Below are positions 19,088 to 28,603 of a stretch of DNA of 64,000 nucleotides, in pieces. Source of the stretch: a virus. Location: the IMG/VR virus record IMGVR_UViG_3300010885_055964, positions 1 to 64,000 of that record; one strand, written 5' to 3'. The translations under genes were made by a program, and so were the position numbers. How positions within the stretch are numbered: the first letter of the stretch is position 1; every line of letters begins with the position of its first letter. The notes beneath the pieces were generated by a model. The model saw only the letters and a program-made list of their open reading frames with translations, searched no databases and had not been told where the DNA came from.

Positions 19088-19738
19088 TCATGCGTCGAAG
19101 TCTATAGTTATGAATCGACATTGATGCTGACTTAAATATTTACTGGCTTTGGGGCTAATATTTGGAGCAGCGATATACCCTTTGGCCCCCGGTATACATT
19201 CTAAATACTTTCTTAATTGCGTTACATCTTTGATAGACGCTTTTCTTCTTTTTACTTCTACTACGTGTTTACAATCAAATATGTCTACCCCTACCAAATC
19301 AACAGGTCCATAGTCGGTTGAATATTCACGTACGATAGTATGGCATTCTACATCAATAAAATATTGCCAATCATGCAATAGTTTTTCTACTAATTCTTTC
19401 TCTGTCTTATTAATGACAATCGAGTGATCAGACCATTCCTGCAGTGGTAATAATTGTAATATCTGATTTATGTTTACCAAGATCTTTTCACGCTTATTAT
19501 GTGACACTAATTGCCGACCATCAAAAGATAATCTAGATTTGGCCCCCTGATAATTTCTAGGCATTATCTTATCAGCTCCATGTATCTGCAATGAACCATC
19601 TGATTTATAAATCGTTAGAAAATTCCCATCACTTAATAAGCTACTAGCTCTACCATCGTATACGACATTACAGTTAGCATATAAAACGAAAGGCGTATTA
19701 GAAGCTACATAACTAGCTAAAACTGGTAACAATATCAT
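19088..19738 (-). CDS. nucS: NucS/EndoMS mismatch-specific endonuclease
   Basis: CNVVYDGRASS, KSDGSLQIH, PRNY N-domain; EKEL, REY.TDYGPVDL, VEVKRR, QLRKY nuclease motifs. Confidence 0.85.
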   Translation of the reverse strand: MILLPVLASYVASNTPFVLYANCNVVYDGRASSLLSDGNFLTIYKSDGSLQIHGADKIMPRNYQGAKSRLSFDGRQLVSHNKREKILVNINQILQLLPLQEWSDHSIVINKTEKELVEKLLHDWQYFIDVECHTIVREYSTDYGPVDLVGVDIFDCKHVVEVKRRKASIKDVTQLRKYLECIPGAKGYIAAPNISPKASKYLSQHQCRFITIDFDA

Positions 19739-19759
19739 AACATATTTACGTTGTACCTG

Positions 19760-19795
19760 TCTAATATGAATATCTATCTAATATGAATATCTATC
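19760..19795. repeat. 17-bp tandem duplication spanning the sulfotransferase stop codon
   Basis: TCTAATATGAATATCTA x2. Confidence 0.85.
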
Positions 19796-20485
19796 GATAC
19801 TGTCATGATAGAAGTCACTTAATAGTAATATTTCTGGTTCAAGCAATTTCCGTATATTGTTTATCGTCTGTTTAGATATTTTCAATTGGCTGCTATTAGA
19901 TTGATTCTCGCAGACTTCTTTTAAAACTAAACCGAAAGGATTTATATCGTTGAATCGGTCCACACAGTTTTTCAGGTCCTCCGATTTAAAAATGAAATTG
20001 TATCTGTCTAATTCTTCTCTAGCTAAATTAAATCTAGTTTCTATGTCCAATATCTGATCTTGGTATCTTATATGTGTTAAACAATTAATGAACACCATCC
20101 CATACTGTTCAGCTTTATCTTTTAATACTTTGTAGGAACATTGCTGCGGATTTATCTTGTCGAAGTAGTACATGTGGCTGATGAATCTATCTATTGGGTT
20201 ACGTATATTAATCATACGATATGTATTATTGATATCTAAATTAAATCTATCTTCAAAATAATATGTATTACTATGGTCAATAAATACCTTACTACCATTA
20301 TGTACGACAGTCGTCGCATCTGGTCGTTCTTGTAAACATATGTTCTCATGCGTATAAGGAGGAATGAACATTGGCGACCGACTAAATATGGCATTATCCA
20401 AGCAAGCTTGATAGAACATGTGCCTTAGGCTGGTACCAGCACATTTGGGTATATGATTCAATACTATGTGAGTATATTGACTCAT
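19778..20485 (-). CDS. Sulfotransferase family 2 protein
   Basis: HIPKCAGTSL (5'-PSB loop) and IRNPIDRFISHMYY (3'-PB); start moved to MSQY at 20485. Confidence 0.85.
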   Translation of the reverse strand: MSQYTHIVLNHIPKCAGTSLRHMFYQACLDNAIFSRSPMFIPPYTHENICLQERPDATTVVHNGSKVFIDHSNTYYFEDRFNLDINNTYRMINIRNPIDRFISHMYYFDKINPQQCSYKVLKDKAEQYGMVFINCLTHIRYQDQILDIETRFNLAREELDRYNFIFKSEDLKNCVDRFNDINPFGLVLKEVCENQSNSSQLKISKQTINNIRKLLEPEILLLSDFYHDSIDRYSY

Positions 20486-20492
20486 ATGGGCC

Positions 20493-23400
20493 TTACCAAC
20501 ATTGGTCTGGCTTAGTGGGATCACAATCCGGCCAGTTAAAGCGATTAGGCAAGATCTCGTTCGAGCGTATATGAGCAAGTATCCTATTGATACTACTCGT
20601 ATCGTTTATTTGTTTATGAATCAAGACTATTCTCATTTTTGTAGATGTTACCGTGCTAAAATCAGTCTCAAATATCTCAGCCCCATCCCGTAAATATGGA
20701 ACATATTCATTAGGTCTGAGTCCCTTAGACGCAGCTAATTGTTTTATCGTCCTGTTATTACTCGGGTCGAATAGATCTCTTTCGATCTTGATTCTCGTAG
20801 AAACATTTAGTATGTCTGGTATCGAATCTGGACCACAACAAGGCTCTAGTACAACTGGTGCATCTCCTGGTTCAGGGTGGCACAACAGGGGGCCATTATC
20901 ATAATCGTACTGTTGTCCGTTGTCACATGTCGGCAAAGGATATAAATATGGTGGTGATAATACTTTCTGTAATGCTGATGGGTCGCATATGAGAGTCTGC
21001 TCAAACACTGGTTCTACTATAGGCACGTTACCGAATTTGCTTTTAAACTCAATTAAATAACGATAATTCTGTTCCGATAGTGTCCTCGAACGCTCAGCGA
21101 TTGTTACGTCTCCTACGACGAAAGGAGGTAATGCGGTAATGATCTGCTGTAACGCTTCTGTCGACACGTTCCAAGGTATAGCAGGTGTCTGGTAGGTATT
21201 GGGCCCGACTGTTATCTTCAATGTGTAAGTGCCTCTATTGGCACGTGATACAGTTAATAATTGCTGCTCTCTGATACCGTTGCCCTGCTCTAATACTCGT
21301 ACAGTCGCGGTGCCGCCTTTAAGTTGGATGCCATTTAGCTGCGTCAACGGAATATTCTGTCTTACATATTGACCTTTGAACTCTAATTTATATGTATAAA
21401 TTCCGTTGTTGGCATCTCTAATGACGCTGGTTACCGATAAATCATTAGCTGTTAACCATGGTATTACCGTAACTATGGCTGTCTTCAATTGGGAAGGTGT
21501 CGCATTGAAAACTATACTATTGGTATTGTATGTGATTGGACTGGTAGCTGGACTGGTAAATGAAAGCTCATATGTACCATCTTTAGCATTTACTGTCACT
21601 AACTGCTGCTCATTCACGCCACCGCCCACACCTCCATTCCAGTCGGTAATAATCGTATAGTCAGGTTGTGGTTGTATTGTCATCTCACCCACGTTTTGCC
21701 TGCTATAGTCTCCGATGAATGATAACCTATATGGTCCTCGGTAGACAGCATCGCGGTCACTTATGTCCCCATCTACCCTTAGGTTACCTGAACCTATATT
21801 AGACATACCAGTCAATATGCTGGTTATCTGATTCAATGAGGCGTTGTGTTGTATGTTCTGACTGGTTATACCGCCAAATGTTACAGTAAAGTTGCTTGTG
21901 CTTTGATTTGTATTGGTGATAGTCTTCTGTTCATTAGTAGTGCCGTCTACGATTTTGCTCACGAATGAGTCTGAAGTGCCTAATAACCTTGACACATCTA
22001 CGATAATGGTGTTCTGGTTAATTGATCCTAATTCGTTAATGAATTCTATTACATAAGGGTCGAGTGCGGTACCCTCACCAGTCACTAATATATTATTACG
22101 ACCACCAGTGATAGATAGGCTACCGAATCTATTCCTTACGACGCTTGCAGTAGCACCGTACTCTATTAACACCGATTGTGTCTGGCCTGCATTTCTCCAC
22201 CTTAGTTCCCACTGACCACTAACTGCATTCGGTAGTGTGATAGATTGCTTCTCATTAACACTTAAACCATCTACTACCAAATCGATTTTCACATTAGCAC
22301 TACAAGGATCGTATACTACTCCTTTGCCGGTTATAGTTAATCGATTCAAAGACAGGTCACCGTTGCCTTCTGGCTTATTACAAGCAAATGTAGTAATATT
22401 GGCTGGGTTACCATTAATAACACCATTGCCAGACGCATCAGCCATTACTTGAGCAGGTGCATCATCGCTCTGTGTTGCATATTCCCAATAACCCGGATTG
22501 TCGCCATTATAGTAAGCTGCCTTGTACCATTCAGCTTCTGTAGGTAGATGGTACTTAGCATTTTCATTAGGTTCTACGACATTAGTGCCTTGCAAATGAT
22601 ATGCTCCGTCCTCTGTGGTGGTTAGATCCTGTTGACCACTGGGCTGGCCATTATGTAACCAATTGCAATATCTAGCGCTTGCAAACCAATCTACATAGAC
22701 TACAGGTTTGTCATCCATATCCTCAATTATATCATACGTATAGTTGCCCTGTGTCCCACTCCTGGTTATTCCTCCATAAGTTGGCGACCCAGCTGGTCGA
22801 CCCATTCTTATGTCATACAATCCATATGTGTCTGTCTTAGCGATACTATTTAGAAAGACTACATAATCACAGTTGGTTACAGCGAATTTGGCGATATGGT
22901 AAGGATATGATACGGCACCAACACCTGACGAGTCATTCTGATTGTCAATATCTTCTACGCTTACCATTTGTGGTAAGTCGAATGGATTTGGACTTTCGTA
23001 ACGACTGGCTATTCTAAATCCTATATTGTATTTCTTGTCTGATGCAGTTAGCGTATCTTTATATCTCTTAAATAATGATTCTGGCGTGCTTACATTAGCA
23101 CCTCTGACACTGCTTTTGTCTGTATCACTCGCTTGTGCGGTGATCCCAGCGTCATCGCTCATACCATTCTTTAAGCTGAAGCTAGTTAACGTAATCGATG
23201 CGCCTATATAATGGCTTATTCCATTGCCTGCACATATCTTTATATTACTGTCAATGTCGACTATTTTAGTCAATGGTAATGAACTGAATCTTTGTCCACC
23301 CCAAAACCATACTTGGCCATTTCTTATACCCAAAGAATGAGCATATCCAGCACTTATCTTAGTCCATCCGGTAGAACTCGCAGGAGGGCGTACTTGAGAA

Positions 23401-25571
23401 GGATAATTCCTGGATATCCAATTATTGATACCATCGGCATTAACACCATCGAGTTGCCCATAAATGTTATTTCCCCATGACCATGCATCACCTCCAATAC
23501 TTAATGCCAGGGAATGTTTTGTACCAGCAGCTACTTCGAACCAATTTTGTGTGCCGGATATTAATACTGGAGAATTTCTATCTACGTAAGTGTTATCGCC
23601 TAGTTGGCCAAGATAATTACTACCCCAAGACCACAATGTTTTATCGGACTTGATCGCCAATGTATGGCACGGAAAACCTTCCTGGGAAGCAGAATAATTA
23701 CCATAAGCATTACTAGCTGAAATAGATATCCAAATACTCGAGCTAATTTGAGTTGGCACTAACTTATCCGCATTAGTACCATCTCCTAATTGGCCGAAAC
23801 GATTATACCCCCAAGCCCATAATGTCCCGTCAGATCTGATAGCTAACGAATAACCATAACCAGCACTAATGCTTTTCCACGTGTCTGTGCCGATTTGGGA
23901 AGGTAAAGAACCATTGTTAGTAGTTCCGTTTCCTAATTGTCCGTATCTGTTATCTCCCCAAGTCCAAAGAGTACCATTCGATTTAATAGCTAAATAATGA
24001 TCTTCGCTAGATGATATGTTAGCCCAGTCCGTATCTGTCCCCACTTGCACAATAGGGTAAGATTTGGATAACCCAAGGTATCTCGACCCCCAAAGAGAAC
24101 CGTCACTTTTTATCCCAATATCCGACGAAATTTCTATCCATGTGTCTAGTCCTATCCGCACTGGATTCGGTCGTTCACTGCTGCTGGTTGGTGGTGGGAG
24201 ATCTATATCCGGCTGATACCCCCATCCCCATAGTGCACCGGATGGAATCGGCGGAGGTGGTGGTGGTGGTGGTGGTGGTGGTGGTGGTGGTGGTGGTGGT
24301 GGTGGTGGCGGCGGCGGCGGAGGTGGCGGCGGCGGCGGAGGTGGCGGCGGCGGAGGTGGCGATGTAACTGTAACCGAAGCTGTATTGCTTAATAATGTTA
24401 TATTGGCAGATTGTGTATCCATTACTATGAATACGCGTACTAACCACCCATCGACATATGATGGGACATTTATTAGGTCAAAGTAAAACCTGTTCGTATA
24501 CGGAGCTATAGTACCTGGAGTATCCCAAGTTATACCTCCATCTCTGCTAACAGTCCAATTGTATATTAGGGCGGAACCATTAGATGCATTCGCTGACACA
24601 GAAAAACTAGCAGTGCCACCAACCGATATTGTCTGATTCTGTGGCTGTTGCGTTATAATTATACTTGGAGCCTGAGGGGCAGTTACAGTCAGAACAGCGG
24701 AATTACTTATAACCTCGCTTACTACTCCCAGCGAGTTTACAACTGTAACAACTACGCGTATCAAGCTTATCCTGGGGTAAGGACGGATAAATGATGATGT
24801 CGGTAACGTTAATTTAATACCGAACTTACCTACATAACTTCCCAAACTTACCCAATTAATTCCATCATCATAGCTGATTTGCCAATTGGATGTTATCGTA
24901 ACATCATCAAATGTAGCGTTAGATATGTTGATAGCTATGCTAAAAGTAGCATCAAGACCAACAGTTACCGTCTGGTTCTGTGGCTGCTGAGAGATACTGA
25001 TAATGGTGGGAAGTGGCGGTGGAATAATAGTTTCACACCATTCGGATACGTTCCCATCCTGATCACATGTTCCATAATAACTAGGGCCACCGTTACTTCC
25101 CACAGTGGTCAAATTACCTATCGTAGAGCCATTCCATTGAGCAACACCATTGTAATTAGCGCTATTGCTTTGACTCACATTACCTAAATCTACTCGTACA
25201 GCTAATAGTGATTCACGACTAACAGCTATATCATTAATAATGGCCTTGCGTAATGTATCATTAGTTAGCTGTGAAGCGGTAATGTCGTAGTTATGTGACG
25301 CATATTTAATATCATATTTCACACCTGGTATGACGGATTGCTTGGCTACCAGCTCAGGCTCCGGGGATACAGTTCGAAGTAGCTGGTTAGTGCAATCAAC
25401 GCCGAAGGCCACTCGCCTCAGAGATGTCTGCACATCAGGAGTATTGTTCCTGATAGCTGGTGCTACCTCGCACTCTTTTGCCCACACTAACTCGACAAAT
25501 GTGGGTTGACCTATTTCGGTCGACCCATCGTTATCTGGTTTGGCTATACCATCAAAAGGATCTGTAGCCAC
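20493..25571 (-). CDS. Large virion/tail adhesin: permuted FGE-sulfatase (C-type lectin) domain, two Ig-like domains, poly-Pro, RCC1 repeats, repeated structural domains
   Basis: QQPQNQTV Ig starts; GTLWxWGxNxxGQLG RCC1 repeats; PVVYVDW and LPTEAEWYKAAY FGE motifs. Confidence 0.85.
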   Translation of the reverse strand: MATDPFDGIAKPDNDGSTEIGQPTFVELVWAKECEVAPAIRNNTPDVQTSLRRVAFGVDCTNQLLRTVSPEPELVAKQSVIPGVKYDIKYASHNYDITASQLTNDTLRKAIINDIAVSRESLLAVRVDLGNVSQSNSANYNGVAQWNGSTIGNLTTVGSNGGPSYYGTCDQDGNVSEWCETIIPPPLPTIISISQQPQNQTVTVGLDATFSIAINISNATFDDVTITSNWQISYDDGINWVSLGSYVGKFGIKLTLPTSSFIRPYPRISLIRVVVTVVNSLGVVSEVISNSAVLTVTAPQAPSIIITQQPQNQTISVGGTASFSVSANASNGSALIYNWTVSRDGGITWDTPGTIAPYTNRFYFDLINVPSYVDGWLVRVFIVMDTQSANITLLSNTASVTVTSPPPPPPPPPPPPPPPPPPPPPPPPPPPPPPPPPPPPPIPSGALWGWGYQPDIDLPPPTSSSERPNPVRIGLDTWIEISSDIGIKSDGSLWGSRYLGLSKSYPIVQVGTDTDWANISSSEDHYLAIKSNGTLWTWGDNRYGQLGNGTTNNGSLPSQIGTDTWKSISAGYGYSLAIRSDGTLWAWGYNRFGQLGDGTNADKLVPTQISSSIWISISASNAYGNYSASQEGFPCHTLAIKSDKTLWSWGSNYLGQLGDNTYVDRNSPVLISGTQNWFEVAAGTKHSLALSIGGDAWSWGNNIYGQLDGVNADGINNWISRNYPSQVRPPASSTGWTKISAGYAHSLGIRNGQVWFWGGQRFSSLPLTKIVDIDSNIKICAGNGISHYIGASITLTSFSLKNGMSDDAGITAQASDTDKSSVRGANVSTPESLFKRYKDTLTASDKKYNIGFRIASRYESPNPFDLPQMVSVEDIDNQNDSSGVGAVSYPYHIAKFAVTNCDYVVFLNSIAKTDTYGLYDIRMGRPAGSPTYGGITRSGTQGNYTYDIIEDMDDKPVVYVDWFASARYCNWLHNGQPSGQQDLTTTEDGAYHLQGTNVVEPNENAKYHLPTEAEWYKAAYYNGDNPGYWEYATQSDDAPAQVMADASGNGVINGNPANITTFACNKPEGNGDLSLNRLTITGKGVVYDPCSANVKIDLVVDGLSVNEKQSITLPNAVSGQWELRWRNAGQTQSVLIEYGATASVVRNRFGSLSITGGRNNILVTGEGTALDPYVIEFINELGSINQNTIIVDVSRLLGTSDSFVSKIVDGTTNEQKTITNTNQSTSNFTVTFGGITSQNIQHNASLNQITSILTGMSNIGSGNLRVDGDISDRDAVYRGPYRLSFIGDYSRQNVGEMTIQPQPDYTIITDWNGGVGGGVNEQQLVTVNAKDGTYELSFTSPATSPITYNTNSIVFNATPSQLKTAIVTVIPWLTANDLSVTSVIRDANNGIYTYKLEFKGQYVRQNIPLTQLNGIQLKGGTATVRVLEQGNGIREQQLLTVSRANRGTYTLKITVGPNTYQTPAIPWNVSTEALQQIITALPPFVVGDVTIAERSRTLSEQNYRYLIEFKSKFGNVPIVEPVFEQTLICDPSALQKVLSPPYLYPLPTCDNGQQYDYDNGPLLCHPEPGDAPVVLEPCCGPDSIPDILNVSTRIKIERDLFDPSNNRTIKQLAASKGLRPNEYVPYLRDGAEIFETDFSTVTSTKMRIVLIHKQINDTSSINRILAHIRSNEILPNRFNWPDCDPTKPDQCW
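24249..24359 (-). repeat. Poly-proline tract (37 CCN codons) including a long (GGT)n run
   Basis: Direct reading of NGG triplets on the + strand. Confidence 0.95.
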
Positions 25572-25609
25572 AATCTACCTCGCTTACCAGTATTTATTTT
25601 AGGTTTGAA

Positions 25610-26056
25610 TTATAAATTAGATACATTAGTATTGCCATGGTCATCTAACCCGTATTTCTGCTTAATCAATTCCTTATTTTCCCTTTTTACTTGTTCTATC
25701 AATCGAATCACTTCTGGAGCGTTAGCTCGCATTTTAGTGGCATACTTTTCTTTGATCTGATCGCGATCCCATTTTGCTACAAGTAATGGGTCGATATTCC
25801 TGATTCTGGATACGGCTATTTCTAATTGTAATCGATACCATTCATCTTCTTGATCCCATGGTTCTCCCAAATCTGGACAACCGACTTCTTTTAAGCACTC
25901 GATAAATATGCTATATTTTATAGTCTCTTCAACTATTAATTCCCATTCTTTATCGGTAACCTGTGTATGCAGTTGTAACATAGTTCCATCATCATAATAT
26001 CTAGGAGTACCTTCAAATACGAATAAGGTAGGATGATTTTCTTTTTTCTTGCTCAT
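25610..26056 (-). CDS. Hypothetical protein
   Basis: 148 aa, AGGAG RBS. Confidence 0.6.
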   Translation of the reverse strand: MSKKKENHPTLFVFEGTPRYYDDGTMLQLHTQVTDKEWELIVEETIKYSIFIECLKEVGCPDLGEPWDQEDEWYRLQLEIAVSRIRNIDPLLVAKWDRDQIKEKYATKMRANAPEVIRLIEQVKRENKELIKQKYGLDDHGNTNVSNL

Positions 26057-26147
26057 AGATTATCTCCTAATATTAACTACCAGCATCGATATTCGCTGTG
26101 ATATTCGGTCTTGCGATGTATAATATTATATAATCTGATCCTTGGTC

Positions 26148-26540
26148 TTACCCATGTAAGTAATATCGTACTCTTTGCGAACCAATGTCTAATACTAATG
26201 TCCCGGAATGATCGTACCACTCGATAACAACATTGCCGCATGGTGATGCGACTATGTTTGAGGGAGGTTGCATATATAAGCGGTCCCTCATATCGCGGAT
26301 AATAGTGGTAGCAGTCGCTATAGCTTGCTGAGATGGCTTTGCAGCTCCATCTCCATCCCAATCTTCAGTCAGCTCTCGCAGAGCTGATAACCACTGCATT
26401 GCTATGTGCCACGAAGTATTGTTGGCAATGTGCATAACTACCTTATGATTGCTTCCGCCCGTCTTTAGAGCTTGGAACGATACGGCGGCGCTTAGACACA
26501 CGAGAGGTAGTAACTGTGCCGATTGGTGTCCATATACCAT
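26148..26540 (-). CDS. Hypothetical phage protein (WDGDGA motif)
   Basis: EDWDGDGAAKPS...GNVVIEW; true start may be internal. Confidence 0.55.
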   Translation of the reverse strand: MVYGHQSAQLLPLVCLSAAVSFQALKTGGSNHKVVMHIANNTSWHIAMQWLSALRELTEDWDGDGAAKPSQQAIATATTIIRDMRDRLYMQPPSNIVASPCGNVVIEWYDHSGTLVLDIGSQRVRYYLHG

Positions 26541-26637
26541 CTGGCTCTGCTACGTACATTCCTAGGACGAGATTTTCGATTCTAACTCGACGTCGACGAC
26601 TCGATGGCCGCGTCCTTCTCATGATCGTATTCACTAA

Positions 26638-27177
26638 CTATTTTTTGCCAGCTCGTGCTAACCATTTTTTTAACATGTTCAGTATTCTGGTACGTTCTTT
26701 TTCAGCAGCTAATCTCGTATCCATAAGATTAGATTGAGGCATCCATTCATCGTTATCGTTGCCGTAGTAGTATTCGCCTGTCTGATTATTACGAGATATA
26801 TGACAAATTCGAAATTGTTCTACCATCAAATCAGAAGTCAATAATGAAACTATGCCTATAAAGTCCATATGGTGCAATTTCGGCAGTTTTTGATGCTTGT
26901 CCCAGGCAGTTTTATAAGGACCTCTTGTATATAGTTCTTTGGCATGGCAATCGAACATCCATTGATATTCTGTAGGTATATCTTGCTCATCCATGATAGG
27001 AGCTTTAATATACCTTATAGCCACCCACCACGCTATGTCATCTATTTGATATCTACCTAATTCTAGTACAGATCTCACCTTACGATGATGATCTAGCCTA
27101 GAATGACGTTGTTGGTCGCCTGGCTTATGATATCGTCTGCTATTTTCTTGTTCGGACATTCTGCTATTACCACCCAA
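26638..27177 (-). CDS. Hypothetical protein
   Basis: 179-aa ORF; start uncertain. Confidence 0.55.
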   Translation of the reverse strand: MGGNSRMSEQENSRRYHKPGDQQRHSRLDHHRKVRSVLELGRYQIDDIAWWVAIRYIKAPIMDEQDIPTEYQWMFDCHAKELYTRGPYKTAWDKHQKLPKLHHMDFIGIVSLLTSDLMVEQFRICHISRNNQTGEYYYGNDNDEWMPQSNLMDTRLAAEKERTRILNMLKKWLARAGKK

Positions 27178-27308
27178 ATGTTGTTTTCTTTGATTTCGAT
27201 TTGATAAGATCCGCTGTGGACATTCTGTCCTTGCATAGGAACCGATCTAACATTGGTAGTACCAGCTGCTTTTATCCTGTTAACAGCCTCATTAACATTA
27301 ACTGGCAT
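27093..27308 (-). CDS. Small hypothetical protein
   Basis: 71 aa, AGGAG RBS. Confidence 0.6.
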   Translation of the reverse strand: MPVNVNEAVNRIKAAGTTNVRSVPMQGQNVHSGSYQIEIKENNIWVVIAECPNKKIADDIISQATNNVILG

Positions 27309-27327
27309 GATTGCTCCTAAATTAGGT

Positions 27328-28203
27328 TTAAATTGTGACTCTAGATTTTCCTAAAACGCTGAGCAAACCTTCAACGGCGTAAGAGAAAGTATCTTCTTTG
27401 GTAGTAGCTGATCCGAATTTTCTACCGAATGATGGTTCAATAGCAAACCATCCTTTATATTTATTATCGACAGCATCATTGATCGTCATATCAATTCTCG
27501 AGTCACCGTGGCCCACTACTTTAAAACCCTGTCCTATCTTTAGGTCACGTACATCTATTATATGCGTATAATTCCTCAATAAAGGCCAATGTTTAATGAA
27601 CGGATTGAAGTTATGCTTGATTATCAAACCAGCTGCATCATATATCAAACCGATATTATTATCTTTAATCAGTTTAATCGTTTCCACTGCATCAAAAATC
27701 GTAGAATCACTAGTTATTTCATATAAGCATTGTATGCCATTTAACAAGCTGATCTCAGACACTCGGCGTATCCAAGCGTCAACCATAACCATATTCACAG
27801 AGTTGTTAAATTTATCCTTTTCCCCAACAAAAATCCTTAAATAATTGCATCTGTAATACTTACATATATTCATCGCATCGGTTATCTGCTGGTCTGTAAT
27901 AGTAGACAGACTTCTATAATCTATTTTTCCTAATGTAGATGCTATCATTATAGTTTGGATGCCATAATCAGATAGTATAGATTTCAATTTACCATGACCA
28001 GAATCAGACATGCTGCATACATTACCGGACCAAGCTTCTCTTAATATAGCGTGTTTAATATTGTGTTGCGTTAATGTCTTACATGCTGATAAAGGATCTT
28101 CGCCTGCTTCATCTAAATAAGCAGCTATGTTATTTTGCACTATACACCCATTTATCTCTAGGTTCATTCGCTGATTCCTCTCTTGGAGGTGAGAGCATAT
28201 CAT
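27328..28203 (-). CDS. Sugar-phosphate isomerase/epimerase-like TIM barrel (AP_endonuc_2 family)
   Basis: LYEI, IYDAAG, HIIDVRD, GHGD, YKGWFAIEP. Confidence 0.7.
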   Translation of the reverse strand: MICSHLQERNQRMNLEINGCIVQNNIAAYLDEAGEDPLSACKTLTQHNIKHAILREAWSGNVCSMSDSGHGKLKSILSDYGIQTIMIASTLGKIDYRSLSTITDQQITDAMNICKYYRCNYLRIFVGEKDKFNNSVNMVMVDAWIRRVSEISLLNGIQCLYEITSDSTIFDAVETIKLIKDNNIGLIYDAAGLIIKHNFNPFIKHWPLLRNYTHIIDVRDLKIGQGFKVVGHGDSRIDMTINDAVDNKYKGWFAIEPSFGRKFGSATTKEDTFSYAVEGLLSVLGKSRVTI

Positions 28204-28603
28204 CTATAATCTGATGAGCAGATGTAGCAGTAATCGTATATTGATATTTTATTTCATGCCTGACGATTCTAGTTAGTATACCAAATCGTGGCATTGGGAT
28301 CTTTAATGGTAGATTATTTGAAACTACTTCATCTTCGGCAGCAGCGTGGAACCACCATCTGAGTGCTTGAGCTGATGCATAACTATATAAGCCGCAGTTT
28401 ATCATTTGACCAGAGCTATCATAACAACCCGGATTAGGCACACCCTTATCACCGCGTGAAAATTCTAACTTAACCCATTTATCTCCGATCATATTACCAT
28501 TAACTAAAGTAGGCCCATGCGGAGAACGTGCCTCGACAGTATATCCTATTTTGGTGCCGGATCCATTACTTCGATCTGCTTTGTAATCATCTTCTAAATT
28601 CAT
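28130..28603 (-). CDS. Hypothetical protein coupled to purZ
   Basis: ATG overlaps the purZ stop (ATGA). Confidence 0.55.
   Translation of the reverse strand: MNLEDDYKADRSNGSGTKIGYTVEARSPHGPTLVNGNMIGDKWVKLEFSRGDKGVPNPGCYDSSGQMINCGLYSYASAQALRWWFHAAAEDEVVSNNLPLKIPMPRFGILTRIVRHEIKYQYTITATSAHQIIDDMLSPPREESANEPRDKWVYSAK

Noticed and set aside
24140-24447. Poly-Val and poly-Thr ORFs
   Set aside because: Alternative-frame readings of the poly-Pro tract
20493-25571. Diversity-generating retroelement targeting the FGE/CLec domain
   Set aside because: No reverse transcriptase and no TR/VR pair differing at adenines seen in this window
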